A DNA stretch of 64,000 nt, from assembly GCA_965203475.1 (NCBI GenBank), contig OZ241890.1, positions 1,873,448 through 1,937,447 of the forward strand, in the 5' to 3' direction. This DNA is from Gammaproteobacteria bacterium. Its GTDB lineage: Bacteria; Pseudomonadota; Gammaproteobacteria; UBA4575. This document shows positions 39,157-49,102 of this stretch, in pieces. The position numbers and the translations under genes are program-made. The notes under the pieces were generated by a model. The model saw nothing but the letters and a program-made list of their open reading frames with translations, searched no databases and was not told the DNA's origin. The stretch's first letter is position 1; each line of letters opens with the position of its first letter.

Positions 39157-40550
39157 GCTTTAAAGTTTTTTAAACGCTCTACAGCCAATTTAAGTTGTTT
39201 GGCGACTTGTTTCGGTGAGGTACCCCCATAGGTGTTTTTAGAAGCAACGGAGCCCTGCGGTGATAGCACATCATATACATCATCGTTAATAGAAGGGCTA
39301 AATTTTTGTAATTCATCCAATCTTAATTCATCAAGTTTTTTATTTTGTGCAATGGCATATTGCACAGTCTTGCCAACCACTTCATGTGCATCTCTGAAAG
39401 ATACTTTCTTTTGCACAAGATAATCCGCTAAATCAGTAGCCGTGGCATAACCTAGCTGGGCCGCTGCTAATAATTTTTCTTGATTCACTTGTATATGAGG
39501 AATCATATTGGCAAATGCCAACACGCAATCATGCGTGGTATCAATGCTGTCAAACAATGGCTCCTTATCTTCCTGGTTATCCTTGTTATAGGCCAGAGGC
39601 TGACTTTTCATTAAGGTCAACAGTGCCATTAAGTTCGCATACACACGTGCAGTTTTCCCACGCACCAATTCGGGCACGTCGGGATTTTTTTTCTGCGGCA
39701 TAATGGATGAGCCCGTACAGAATCGATCAGGTAACTCAATAAAATTAAATTGTGCAGAAGTCCAAAACACCATTTCTTCTGCCATGCGCGACAGGTGAGA
39801 AAATAATATTGCTGCAAAAGCACAAAACTCAATCGCAAAATCTCGATCACTCACTGCATCTAAACTGTTATGGCAAAGCTCAGTAAAACCAAGTTCTTTT
39901 GCAACAAAATCTCTATCTAAATCAAAACTACTGCCTGCCAGCGCAGCAGCACCCAATGGCGAAATATTTGTACTGTTTCTACATTGTTGTAAACGTGTTC
40001 GGTCACGATGAATCATCTCAAACCAAGCCAACATGTGATGACCAAAGGTTATCACTTGCGCGGTTTGCAAATGTGTAAACCCCGGCATGATGGTATTTAC
40101 TTCTTTATTCGCAAGCCCAAGAATAGCTTTTTGCAAGGTTTCAAGTTGCGAGTCTAAAGCGTCAATTGCTTCACGCAAATACAAACGCACATCTGTAATG
40201 ACCTGATCATTACGCGATCTTCCGGTATGTATTCGTTTACCAAGATCCCCTACAATTTCGGTTAATCTCGCTTCAATATTCATATGCACATCTTCTAAAG
40301 CCGCATCCCAATTGAACTCTCCATTTTCGATTTCCAATTCAATTTGATTAAGAGCTTTTAATAAGGCTTCACTATCATTACTATTAAGCACACCAATACG
40401 CGCAAGCATTTGAGCATGCACTTTAGAACCTTGTATATCTTGCTTATAAAGGCGTTTATCGAAACCAACAGAGGCATTAAATTGTTCTACGAACTCATCT
40501 GTTGCTTCCGTAAACCGGCCACCCCATAACTTTGAGCTTTTATCTTTCAT
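39153..40550 (-). CDS. argH: argininosuccinate lyase
   Basis: The start is set at MKDKSSKLWGGRF (ATG at 40550). It carries the fumarate-lyase signature GSS.MPQKKNPD. The 34-aa extension in the track is discarded. Confidence 0.95.
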   Translation of the reverse strand: MKDKSSKLWGGRFTEATDEFVEQFNASVGFDKRLYKQDIQGSKVHAQMLARIGVLNSNDSEALLKALNQIELEIENGEFNWDAALEDVHMNIEARLTEIVGDLGKRIHTGRSRNDQVITDVRLYLREAIDALDSQLETLQKAILGLANKEVNTIMPGFTHLQTAQVITFGHHMLAWFEMIHRDRTRLQQCRNSTNISPLGAAALAGSSFDLDRDFVAKELGFTELCHNSLDAVSDRDFAIEFCAFAAILFSHLSRMAEEMVFWTSAQFNFIELPDRFCTGSSIMPQKKNPDVPELVRGKTARVYANLMALLTLMKSQPLAYNKDNQEDKEPLFDSIDTTHDCVLAFANMIPHIQVNQEKLLAAAQLGYATATDLADYLVQKKVSFRDAHEVVGKTVQYAIAQNKKLDELRLDELQKFSPSINDDVYDVLSPQGSVASKNTYGGTSPKQVAKQLKLAVERLKNFKA

Positions 40551-40623
40551 TACTCGAGTACTTAACAACAAAGTAGCAGTATAACACCAGCCTCGAATTA
40601 GACGACGTATAAGCACTGCATAC

Positions 40624-41712
40624 ATGGCGGACCTTAAAGAAGAAAACAACACAAAAAACTCTGAAGCAGAAATTGCGGAACGAACTTTTCTGCCAGATTT
40701 TTGTAACTCGCGAGTTATATTTCTGGTAATTCTGATTGCGCAATTACTAGCATGGATATTAACGCTGGCCGGAGGTACAAGTCGCAGTGACTTTTGGGTG
40801 TATCTTGCTCTTGTCTCACTCTTTATAACCTGGATTGCCTTGGGTAATATTTTGGTTTTATGTGTGAGTCGCCGCTTTTTACAAAAAGCACATCCAATCG
40901 TAACCTCACTCAGTTATTACGTGTTGAGCTTAAGTGTCACATTCATTGTGTCGGTAGTCGCCATTTGGTTCACTCCTTCGGAAAATATTCAGTCCGCATT
41001 ATTACCAAGTTTATTAAGTAGTGACTTCTTAATAAGAAATATGGCCATTAGTGCCATCGTATCTGCCGTGGCATTGCGTTACTTTTATATACAGCACCAA
41101 TGGAAATCAAATATACAGGTGGAGGCCAAGTCCAGAATTCAGGCACTTCAAGCAAGAATACGTCCGCATTTTCTATTTAATAGTATGAATACGATTGCAA
41201 GCCTTACGCATACTCGCCCCGAGTTGGCTGAAAAAGCGGTGGAAGATTTAGCCGACTTATTTCGCGCCTCATTAGGGCACCAAGATAAAGTCACCTTGGA
41301 AGAAGAACTAAATTTCACCAAACGTTATATCAATATGGAGAAGCTGCGTTTGGGTAAACGACTTAAAGTTGAATTAAAAATAGAAGAAGGTATAAGCTTC
41401 AAGACTCAGGTACCAGCCCTTATATTGCAACCGATAGTGGAAAACGCTATTTACCATGGAGTAGAGCCTTTAACACAAGGCGGCACCGTAAATATTGACA
41501 TAACATCCTCAGAACATGACTTATACCTTACTATTAGTAACCCGGTAGGTGATATAAATATTGACCAAAAACGTCCGGGCAATAAAATGGCGCAAGACAA
41601 TATTAAACAACGGTTACAATTAGCGTATGGTGACTTCAGTAAAATGGAAATACGCCATGCACAGGGTTTTTACACGGTTTCATTTAACATTCCTATTGAG
41701 GCAGATGTATGA
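40624..41712 (+). CDS. algZ: LytS/AlgZ(FimS)-type sensor histidine kinase
   Basis: 362 aa with N-terminal TM segments and the His_kinase motif RIRPHFLFNSMNTI. It lies between argH and algR, as in Pseudomonas. Confidence 0.8.
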   Translation: MADLKEENNTKNSEAEIAERTFLPDFCNSRVIFLVILIAQLLAWILTLAGGTSRSDFWVYLALVSLFITWIALGNILVLCVSRRFLQKAHPIVTSLSYYVLSLSVTFIVSVVAIWFTPSENIQSALLPSLLSSDFLIRNMAISAIVSAVALRYFYIQHQWKSNIQVEAKSRIQALQARIRPHFLFNSMNTIASLTHTRPELAEKAVEDLADLFRASLGHQDKVTLEEELNFTKRYINMEKLRLGKRLKVELKIEEGISFKTQVPALILQPIVENAIYHGVEPLTQGGTVNIDITSSEHDLYLTISNPVGDINIDQKRPGNKMAQDNIKQRLQLAYGDFSKMEIRHAQGFYTVSFNIPIEADV

Positions 41713-42440
41713 AAGTATTGATCGTAGATGACGAAGCTCCGGCACGTGATCGTCTAGCACATATGCTCACCAGCATAGATGACGTACAAGCGGCGGGCGA
41801 AGCAAGCAATGGTATTGAGGCTGTAGAAATGGTGCAGTCTGCAAGACCAGATGTAGTACTCATGGATATTCGTATGCCGGGCATGGATGGTTTGGAAGCA
41901 GCCAGACATCTAACAGAAATGGACGAGCCTCCTGCCATTATTTTCACAACTGCCTACAGTGAACATGCATTAGAAGCCTTTGATACTTCAGCCGTAGGTT
42001 ATTTAGTAAAACCTGTACGTCAGGAAAAACTAGAGACATCTATTGCTCGCGCAAAAAAATTAACCAAGGCGCAAATTGCTACTCTTAATCAAGAAACCAA
42101 CACACAAGGTCGTAGTCATATTTGTGCTCGCATTCGTGGAAATCTTGAATTAATTCCCGTCGATGAAATTTTATATTTCCAAGCCGACCAAAAATACATC
42201 ACGGTCCGCCATCTTGGTGGAGAAGTATTGATTGAAGACGCATTGAAAAATCTTGAAAACGAATTTGAAGGCAAATTAATTCGAATTCACCGCAATGCAT
42301 TGGTTAGCACCAGTTTTGTAAGCGGCATGGAAAAAAATCAGGATGGTCGTTTTGTTGTGACTTTCCGGGAAATTGAAGATCGTCTGGAAATTAGCAGAAG
42401 GCATGTTGCGGAAGTACGTAAGTTCTTAAAATCTCGATAA
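41709..42440 (+). CDS. algR: LytTR-family response regulator AlgR
   Basis: 243 aa with a receiver domain (VDDE, DVVLMDIRMPGMDG) and a LytTR DNA-binding domain. Its start overlaps the kinase stop. Confidence 0.85.
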   Translation: MKVLIVDDEAPARDRLAHMLTSIDDVQAAGEASNGIEAVEMVQSARPDVVLMDIRMPGMDGLEAARHLTEMDEPPAIIFTTAYSEHALEAFDTSAVGYLVKPVRQEKLETSIARAKKLTKAQIATLNQETNTQGRSHICARIRGNLELIPVDEILYFQADQKYITVRHLGGEVLIEDALKNLENEFEGKLIRIHRNALVSTSFVSGMEKNQDGRFVVTFREIEDRLEISRRHVAEVRKFLKSR

Positions 42441-42559
42441 CGAATTCTGATTTATAGAGATATGTCGTTAAAGTCGGATTCAGAATGCTCATGTATGCGT
42501 TTATACACTCCGCTTCTTCATCGTCCTTTGCCTAATCTCGCAGATAAATCAGTATTCGT
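42438..42559. repeat. pair of 17-nt inverted repeats spaced about 90 nt apart in the algR-hemC gap
   Basis: aacgaattctgatttat (42438-42454) matches the reverse complement of ataaatcagtattcgtt (42543-42559) at 16 of 17 positions. The interior has weak similarity to the A-repeat core (gctcatgtatgcg versus gcgcatggatgcg). Confidence 0.5.
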
Positions 42560-42623
42560 TTAGTTTCACCATCAATCATAAAATGTCTTTCCTTATTTTT
42601 AGATAAGGAAATTTAAACCGATT

Positions 42624-43538
42624 GTGCATATAAAAATAGCAACACGAAAAAGTGCGCTTGCCCTATGGCAAGCTGAGGAAGTTGCGCACTTACTATGTGC
42701 TGCACATAACGATGTTTCAACTGAATTGGTGAAAATGACCACTACCGGTGATCAACTTTTAAAAGAGTCACTCGCTACCCAAGGGGGGAAAGGTTTATTT
42801 GTTAAAGAGCTAGAACGCGGCCTCATGGACCACAGTGCCGACATCGCCGTACATTCGATGAAAGATGTACCGATCGAGCTACCCAGAGGCTTACACGTAC
42901 CTGTTATTTTAGAGCGAGAAAATCCGTGCGATGCTTTTGTGTCAAATGATTATGCTTCACTGGATGAACTTCCTGAAAATGCCATTATAGGAACTGCAAG
43001 TTCACGGCGCGCATGTCAATTGAAAGCTTGTTACCCGAAACTAGAGATTAAATTATTACGTGGCAATGTAAACACACGTTTAGCGAAACTGGATGCTGGC
43101 GAATATGACGCCATCATTCTTGCGGTAGCCGGATTAAAGCGCTTAGGATTCTCTGATCGCATACGCTCTACAATAAGTACCGAAGATTCACTGCCTGCAA
43201 TTGGGCAGGGTGCAATCGGTATTGAATGTCGTGCGGATGACAGCAGTGTACAAACCCTCATTGAGCCACTTAATCATGTTGATACCAACATTTGTGTTAC
43301 CGCTGAACGTGCCGTAAGTCAAAGCTTACAAGGTGGGTGTCAGTTGCCCATTGCCGGATTTGCCGAACTGGGTACGTCTGATATGCGTTTGCGTGCTTTA
43401 GTGGGAATGCCTGATGGTAGTAAAATTTGTCGTAGCGAACTACAGGGATCAACGTCAAATCCCATTGAATTGGGACAACAAGTCGCTGAAGACTTACGCA
43501 AACAAGGTGCGGAAGAAATTCTAGCGGCCTTACAATAA
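42624..43538 (+). CDS. hemC: hydroxymethylbilane synthase (porphobilinogen deaminase)
   Basis: 304 aa with a GTG start and the motifs IATR.S.LALWQA and RGNV.TRL.KL. Confidence 0.95.
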   Translation: MHIKIATRKSALALWQAEEVAHLLCAAHNDVSTELVKMTTTGDQLLKESLATQGGKGLFVKELERGLMDHSADIAVHSMKDVPIELPRGLHVPVILERENPCDAFVSNDYASLDELPENAIIGTASSRRACQLKACYPKLEIKLLRGNVNTRLAKLDAGEYDAIILAVAGLKRLGFSDRIRSTISTEDSLPAIGQGAIGIECRADDSSVQTLIEPLNHVDTNICVTAERAVSQSLQGGCQLPIAGFAELGTSDMRLRALVGMPDGSKICRSELQGSTSNPIELGQQVAEDLRKQGAEEILAALQ

Positions 43539-43601
43539 TCATACTGTCATCCCGTCGCCTGTAAATTTCTGGCACAATTATTTTTTTTGGCCTAATTTGA
43601 A

Positions 43602-44381
43602 TTGCTCATGTTGTTTGCAGATAAGAATATTGTTGTGACTCGTCCACTGGCGCAGGCACAAAATTTATTTTTACGCTTAGAAAATGATGGGGCAAAGGTA
43701 ATTCATTTTCCCTGCATTGAAATTTCTGCATCAAGCGAGCAGGCAAAAATTCAATCTGTTTTTCAAAGCTTAGAAAAATATAGCTTGGTTATATTTATTA
43801 GTAGTAATGCAGCTTATTATGCACAAGAACTTATTAAACAATTTAAACAGAATTTTTCTAATTGTAATATTGCAGCCATAGGGCCAGCTACTACAAAAAT
43901 GCTAGAAGACTTTGGGTATGAAGTCGCCATTGTTCCATCTGCAAAGTTTTCAAGTGAAGCTTTGTTAGAACTTGAGGCACTGCAAAATGTAAAAGATAAA
44001 AACATTTTAATTGTACGTGGTATGGGTGGGCGCGAGACGTTGCGACAGATTTTGGAAACAAGAGGAGCTAATGTCGAATATGCAGAGGTGTATCAACGTG
44101 AAAAACCTTCCAATCGCAGCCCAGTCAATTTAAGTGACTTATCTGTAAACGAAACGGCTGTACTACTAAACAGTGTAGACACAGCACAAAATCTGTGGAC
44201 ACTTTGCACAACAAATGAACAAAAGTGGTTAGCAGATGTAAAATATGTTGCAGGTAATCAGCGTATTGCAGATGCAGCGATTAAAATTGGGTTCGCAAAT
44301 AACTTTATAATATCGGAAAATCCAAATGATGAATCAATGCTAACGGCATTAAAAAAATGGGTGCAAACAATTGAACGATAA
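43602..44381 (+). CDS. hemD: uroporphyrinogen-III synthase
   Basis: 259 aa, located after hemC, with a HemD-like sequence. The start may instead be the ATG at 43608. Confidence 0.85.
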   Translation: MLMLFADKNIVVTRPLAQAQNLFLRLENDGAKVIHFPCIEISASSEQAKIQSVFQSLEKYSLVIFISSNAAYYAQELIKQFKQNFSNCNIAAIGPATTKMLEDFGYEVAIVPSAKFSSEALLELEALQNVKDKNILIVRGMGGRETLRQILETRGANVEYAEVYQREKPSNRSPVNLSDLSVNETAVLLNSVDTAQNLWTLCTTNEQKWLADVKYVAGNQRIADAAIKIGFANNFIISENPNDESMLTALKKWVQTIER

Positions 44382-45456
44382 AACTACAGACAATCCCCCC
44401 CAGGTATCGAATTCGAATTCATCAAGTGGCTCAGGAAAATTTTTTATTGGCTTGCTTGCTTTATTAGCTTTGGTTATTTCAGCAGCTGGAATCGCTGGAG
44501 GATACTATGGATGGCAACAATTAAACAGACGTATAGATCAGGCGGCGGTAGATCGACAAGCCATTTCACATGAAGTCTCTACGATTGATGAAAATGCAAA
44601 ATTACAAAGTTTTAAAACTCAATTAGAAAAAAATATGACACAACTTGGGCAACAGGTTGAGGGTCTTTCGGTAAAATTGCAACAGCAAGCTGATTTACAA
44701 TCCGAACTCACAGCTTCTGCAGAGGAAACCCTAGCTTATGTAAATCGCAGTCAATTAGAATGGGGTTTAAAAGAAGTCGAACATGTATTACGCATGGCGA
44801 ATCACCGCCTCCATATTGAAGGCGACATTCAAGGCAGCATTGCAGCCCTTAATGCAGCCGATCAACGCTTGTTTGAACTGAATGATCCCAGATTATTACC
44901 GGTAAGAGCTTCTGTTTCAGAGCAGATCGGCAAACTTAAAAACTTTCCCCATCCAGACTGGGCGGGCATCAGCCTACAAATTGATAATGTAATTTCCGGT
45001 CTTAAAGACAAAGTGATTGATGATGCTAAACAACAACAGCAAGAAAATACTGAGGAACAAACGCAAACAGAAACGCAGAACGAGCCAGAATCAAGGTGGG
45101 ATATATTTGTAAATAATATTAAAGACACCATCAATAATTCTGTCACGGTCACTCGTGAAGAACAAAATCTTAAAGTTTTTATTAGCCAACAAGAAAAACA
45201 ACAAGCGTATGAGTTTTTACGCACCAAATTATTAGGTGCTAAATATGCTGTAACTAGTCACGATAATGAAAGTTATCACCGAGAACTAGAAGCTGCTCTT
45301 GCCTGGTTGGAGAATACAAATTCACTAAAAAATCCTGCAAGCCTAAGGCCAGAAATTGAAGCTCTAAATTCCTATGATTTAGAGCCAGAGCTACCAAATA
45401 TTACGGATGCAAACACAGCCTTACAGGAAGTAATTGAGAACATCGAAAATAACTAG
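44371..45456 (+). CDS. hemX: HemX-family membrane protein
   Basis: 361 aa with one TM segment followed by a coiled coil. It occupies the hemX position in hemCDXY. Confidence 0.75.
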   Translation: MNDKTTDNPPQVSNSNSSSGSGKFFIGLLALLALVISAAGIAGGYYGWQQLNRRIDQAAVDRQAISHEVSTIDENAKLQSFKTQLEKNMTQLGQQVEGLSVKLQQQADLQSELTASAEETLAYVNRSQLEWGLKEVEHVLRMANHRLHIEGDIQGSIAALNAADQRLFELNDPRLLPVRASVSEQIGKLKNFPHPDWAGISLQIDNVISGLKDKVIDDAKQQQQENTEEQTQTETQNEPESRWDIFVNNIKDTINNSVTVTREEQNLKVFISQQEKQQAYEFLRTKLLGAKYAVTSHDNESYHRELEAALAWLENTNSLKNPASLRPEIEALNSYDLEPELPNITDANTALQEVIENIENN

Positions 45457-45458
45457 AA

Positions 45459-46634
45459 ATGATGCGCGCCTTATTAATTTTTTTATTTTTTCTTATTCTA
45501 TTCGCTGCCGTCGTTTTATTGGTACTGCAAGCGCCTGGCTTTGCTAGTTTCACTTACGGAAGTACTACAATTGAACTTCCGTTAGTTAAATTTGCGATTG
45601 CATTATTTATTTTATTTACTCTGATTTATTTTGCAATTCGTTTGCTTGGAGTAATTTTTAATGCACCTAAACGCATTCAAAGATCCATCGCTAAAAGAAA
45701 AGTTGCCAAAGCACATGAAGAAACATGTGGTGGTCTTACTAAATTCATTGCTGGTGATTGGAGTAAATCTGAGAAATTATTATTGCGGGGCGTTGAGGAT
45801 GGTGGCTCAGTTGCGATTAATTATATTTGGGCTGCACGCGCTGCTCACCAAAAAGGATTGTTTGATGAACGCGATCAGCATTTGGAGTCTGCAAAAAAGA
45901 GCAGTCCCGATGCACAAGAAGCCATAGCAACACTACAAGCAGAGTTATATCTTGATCAAGATATGCCTGAACAAGCCTTAGCAAGTATTAGTAAACAACG
46001 GGATAAAATTAAAAATAATTCTAAAGTTGCCTGCTTATATGCTGAGTCGTATACAAAACTTGAGGATTGGAAAAACCTTGCGGCAATTTTATCGGATATC
46101 AAAAAATGCAAAGATATTAATCCTGCCATGCTAAGCACCTTTGAACATAGCGCCGTGGCCGGCTTATTAAAATCATCTCAAAGCGAGATAGAAAATATTG
46201 GACGAAAATACCAAGACACCATACAAGTCAATGCAGAATTAAGTAAATTATATGCAGAAGCATTAAGGCGAACTGGCAAACATGAAACTGCGGCAAACTT
46301 TATTAAGAGTGAACTCTCAAAAAATTGGGATTCAGCTTTAGTGTATGAGTATGGATTATTAGAGCATGAAGATGCGAGCCAGGTATTAAACAAAGCTGAA
46401 GACTGGGCAAATGAGCATGATAATGATGCAATTCTTTTTTTAACCTTAGGACGGCTATGTAAAGATGCAAAACTTTGGGGCAAGGCAAAATCTTATTTCG
46501 AATCTAGTATTGCTCGAAAGCCCAGCGCTGAAACCTATGCAGAGCTAGCAGCATTACACGAGCATCTAGATGAAATTGAAGAGGCAAATGAATGTAGAAA
46601 AGAAGGTCTAAAATTAGCAACAAAAATTGGTTAA
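45459..46634 (+). CDS. hemY: HemY-family TPR membrane protein
   Basis: 391 aa with two N-terminal TM segments and TPR-like repeats. It occupies the hemY position. Confidence 0.75.
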   Translation: MMRALLIFLFFLILFAAVVLLVLQAPGFASFTYGSTTIELPLVKFAIALFILFTLIYFAIRLLGVIFNAPKRIQRSIAKRKVAKAHEETCGGLTKFIAGDWSKSEKLLLRGVEDGGSVAINYIWAARAAHQKGLFDERDQHLESAKKSSPDAQEAIATLQAELYLDQDMPEQALASISKQRDKIKNNSKVACLYAESYTKLEDWKNLAAILSDIKKCKDINPAMLSTFEHSAVAGLLKSSQSEIENIGRKYQDTIQVNAELSKLYAEALRRTGKHETAANFIKSELSKNWDSALVYEYGLLEHEDASQVLNKAEDWANEHDNDAILFLTLGRLCKDAKLWGKAKSYFESSIARKPSAETYAELAALHEHLDEIEEANECRKEGLKLATKIG

Positions 46635-46695
46635 ACTCAAACCATCTATATATTATTCGCTTCTTCACACAAATTTTTAGTAAGAACTTTATTAT

Positions 46696-47193
46696 ATGCG
46701 TGGTCTGATTTCAGTCGTTTTACTTTTTATACTATGGCTATTGTTGTCTGGACACTATGATTCGCTCTTGCTGTCACTAGGAATTACAAGTTGTATATTT
46801 ATTACTTGGCTGTCCTTAAAACTGACTCTTTTTAAAGAAGACTACTCAACATTTAAATTTAGTCTTAATCTGCCTAGGTTCTTGCCCTGGTTTTTTATTC
46901 AAGTAATTAAATCAAACATTGATGTAAGCTGGCGGATATTACATCCAAAACTTCCTGTCGATCCTGTGATTACATCTATATCCGTTACTGAGCATAACGA
47001 TATTGGTCGTGCAGTATATGCAAACTGTATTACGCTCACTCCAGGCACATATACCTTAGAAATGGATAAAGAACATATAGAAGTTCACTCGCTAAACAGC
47101 AATTCTGGTGAAGAACTACAAAAAGGTGCTATTAGTAAACGGATTCTGGCACTGGAAGGTAATTCTAATAAATCAACCTCAGAGCAAACGTAA
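46696..47193 (+). CDS. mrpE: Mrp/Mnh antiporter subunit E-like
   Basis: 165 aa. The motif ANCITLTPGT is typical of MrpE/MnhE. Confidence 0.75.
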   Translation: MRGLISVVLLFILWLLLSGHYDSLLLSLGITSCIFITWLSLKLTLFKEDYSTFKFSLNLPRFLPWFFIQVIKSNIDVSWRILHPKLPVDPVITSISVTEHNDIGRAVYANCITLTPGTYTLEMDKEHIEVHSLNSNSGEELQKGAISKRILALEGNSNKSTSEQT

Positions 47194-47201
47194 ATAATCC
47201 C

Positions 47202-47471
47202 ATGTTCATCACTGCAGCTCTTGCAATTATTGTGGTCATGTTAATTGTACTGCTACGTGCAGCATTAGGACCAACCATATTTGATCGAATTTTAGCAATT
47301 AATACGTTTGGCACCACAGCCGTTTTATTAATAGCTCTATTTGGTTTCTTAACCGATCGTCCAGACTTTATGGATATCGCACTGCTGTATGCACTTATTA
47401 ACTTTATTGCAACTATCGCAGTATTAAAAATTTTTCAACACGACAGCCTGGGTAAAAAAATTGATGATTAG
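47202..47471 (+). CDS. mrpF: Mrp/Mnh subunit F-like
   Basis: 89 aa with 3 TM segments and the motif GPT.FDRILA. Confidence 0.75.
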   Translation: MFITAALAIIVVMLIVLLRAALGPTIFDRILAINTFGTTAVLLIALFGFLTDRPDFMDIALLYALINFIATIAVLKIFQHDSLGKKIDD

Positions 47472-47787
47472 TTTAGATACGGTACTACCTTATGTTGGCT
47501 GGACTCTGCTCATGTTAGGAAGTTTCTTTTGTATCGTGGGTTCAATCGGCTTAATTCGTTTAAAAGATTTTTACACACGAGTACATGCTGCTAGTGTTAT
47601 TGATAGCCTAGGTGCTATTTTGATCTTGCTAGGACTAATCACACAAACCCAAGATATTTTAATTTCAATTAAGTTATTTTTAATTCTTCTTTTTATGATG
47701 ATCACCGGACCCACTGCTGTACATGCACTTGCACGTGCAGCTGTTTTAAGTGACAAAGAAGCTGCTCCGAAAGAAAATGAATATTGA
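47461..47787 (+). CDS. mrpG: Mrp/Mnh subunit G-like
   Basis: 108 aa with the motif IGLIRL.DFYTR.HA. Confidence 0.75.
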   Translation: MMISLDTVLPYVGWTLLMLGSFFCIVGSIGLIRLKDFYTRVHAASVIDSLGAILILLGLITQTQDILISIKLFLILLFMMITGPTAVHALARAAVLSDKEAAPKENEY

Positions 47788-48325
47788 AGTTGCTATTGAT
47801 ATTTCACTACTCACATTGCTTGTAGTAACTGCAATTTTATTAATGCGGCTTACAAATCTATTAGCTGTTGTGTTGTTAAGTGCAATTTACAGTTTATTGG
47901 CCGCCGTATTGTTCGTTACATTAGACGCCGTTGATGTAGCATTCACAGAAGCTGCTGTGGGCGCAGGGATCACTACAATTTTTATGCTAGGCGCATTAGC
48001 CATTACGGGACGAGAACAAAGCAGTAACCGACATGGAAAATTACTGCCTATTCTAGTGATTCTAATCACAGCTGGTGCCTTAATATATGGTACTTTTGAT
48101 ATGCCTTCGGTTGGTGACCCAGAAGCCCCCATACACAATTATGTGGCACCACGTTATATCCATGAAAGTAGTCAAGAAATTGGGGTACCAAATATCGTGA
48201 CCTCTGTATTAGCAAGCTATAGAGGGTTTGATACCTTAGGGGAAGTTGCTGTTGTCTTCACTGCTGCAGTTGGCGTGTTGTTATTACTAGGCAAAACACG
48301 AAGAGACAATAAAAATAATGAGTAA
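47777..48325 (+). CDS. DUF4040 (MrpA C-terminal / MbhD-like) membrane protein
   Basis: About 182 aa, hydrophobic. The internal ATG at 47777 is preferred over the start at 47750. Confidence 0.6.
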   Translation: MNIEVAIDISLLTLLVVTAILLMRLTNLLAVVLLSAIYSLLAAVLFVTLDAVDVAFTEAAVGAGITTIFMLGALAITGREQSSNRHGKLLPILVILITAGALIYGTFDMPSVGDPEAPIHNYVAPRYIHESSQEIGVPNIVTSVLASYRGFDTLGEVAVVFTAAVGVLLLLGKTRRDNKNNE

Positions 48326-48746
48326 AAAACAAAACTTAATTCTTCGCGAAGTCAGCAATATTCTCATTCCTGCAATTATGCTGTTTGCTTTATACGTGCA
48401 GTTTCATGGGGACTATGGGCCTGGCGGTGGTTTTCAGGCCGGAGCAATTTTTGCTGCAGCAATATTTCTGTTCGCTTTGGTTTATGGGCGAGACCGAGTA
48501 CAAAAAGTTTTACCCATGAGCATTGTCAGAGTTTTCGTTGCTGTTGGGTTAATTTTATATGTAGGTGTTGGCTACGCAACCATGTTGCTAGGTGAAAATT
48601 ATTTAGACTACAACGCATTATTAACTAATCCATTACACGCACAACATTTAGGTATATTTTTAATCGAATTGGGAGTGGGCATTACTGTAGCTGCAGTAAT
48701 GATAGCCATATTTTACGCGTTGGATGAATTTGCAGAAAAAGAATGA
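48318..48746 (+). CDS. mrpB: MnhB/MrpB-domain subunit
   Basis: 142 aa with the GGGF.GG motif typical of the MnhB domain. Confidence 0.7.
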   Translation: MSKKQNLILREVSNILIPAIMLFALYVQFHGDYGPGGGFQAGAIFAAAIFLFALVYGRDRVQKVLPMSIVRVFVAVGLILYVGVGYATMLLGENYLDYNALLTNPLHAQHLGIFLIELGVGITVAAVMIAIFYALDEFAEKE

Positions 48747-49102
48747 TTTCTGAATTCTACAATTATTGGGTGGTAATCATATTAATGATGATTGGATTCT
48801 ATATCGTGATTTCAGATTCCAACCTCATTAAAAAGTTAATTGGTTTGTCTATTTTTCAATCCTCAGTATTCATTTTATTTATTTCCATGAGCAAGGTCGA
48901 AGGAGGTACAGCTCCGATATTAGTAGAAGGAGTTACTAGCTATTCAAACCCGCTACCACATGTTTTAATTTTAACAGCAATTGTAGTAGGCGTTGCTACA
49001 ATTGCGGTTGGGTTGGCACTCGTTGTACGCATTCAGCGTGCATACGGAAGTATCGATGATGATCTTGTACACAAACAAGATGAGGAGCAGGACGAAGTTT
49101 AG
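48743..49102 (+). CDS. mrpC: Mrp subunit C (NuoK-like)
   Basis: 119 aa with 3 TM segments, NuoK/MnhC-like. Confidence 0.75.
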   Translation: MISEFYNYWVVIILMMIGFYIVISDSNLIKKLIGLSIFQSSVFILFISMSKVEGGTAPILVEGVTSYSNPLPHVLILTAIVVGVATIAVGLALVVRIQRAYGSIDDDLVHKQDEEQDEV

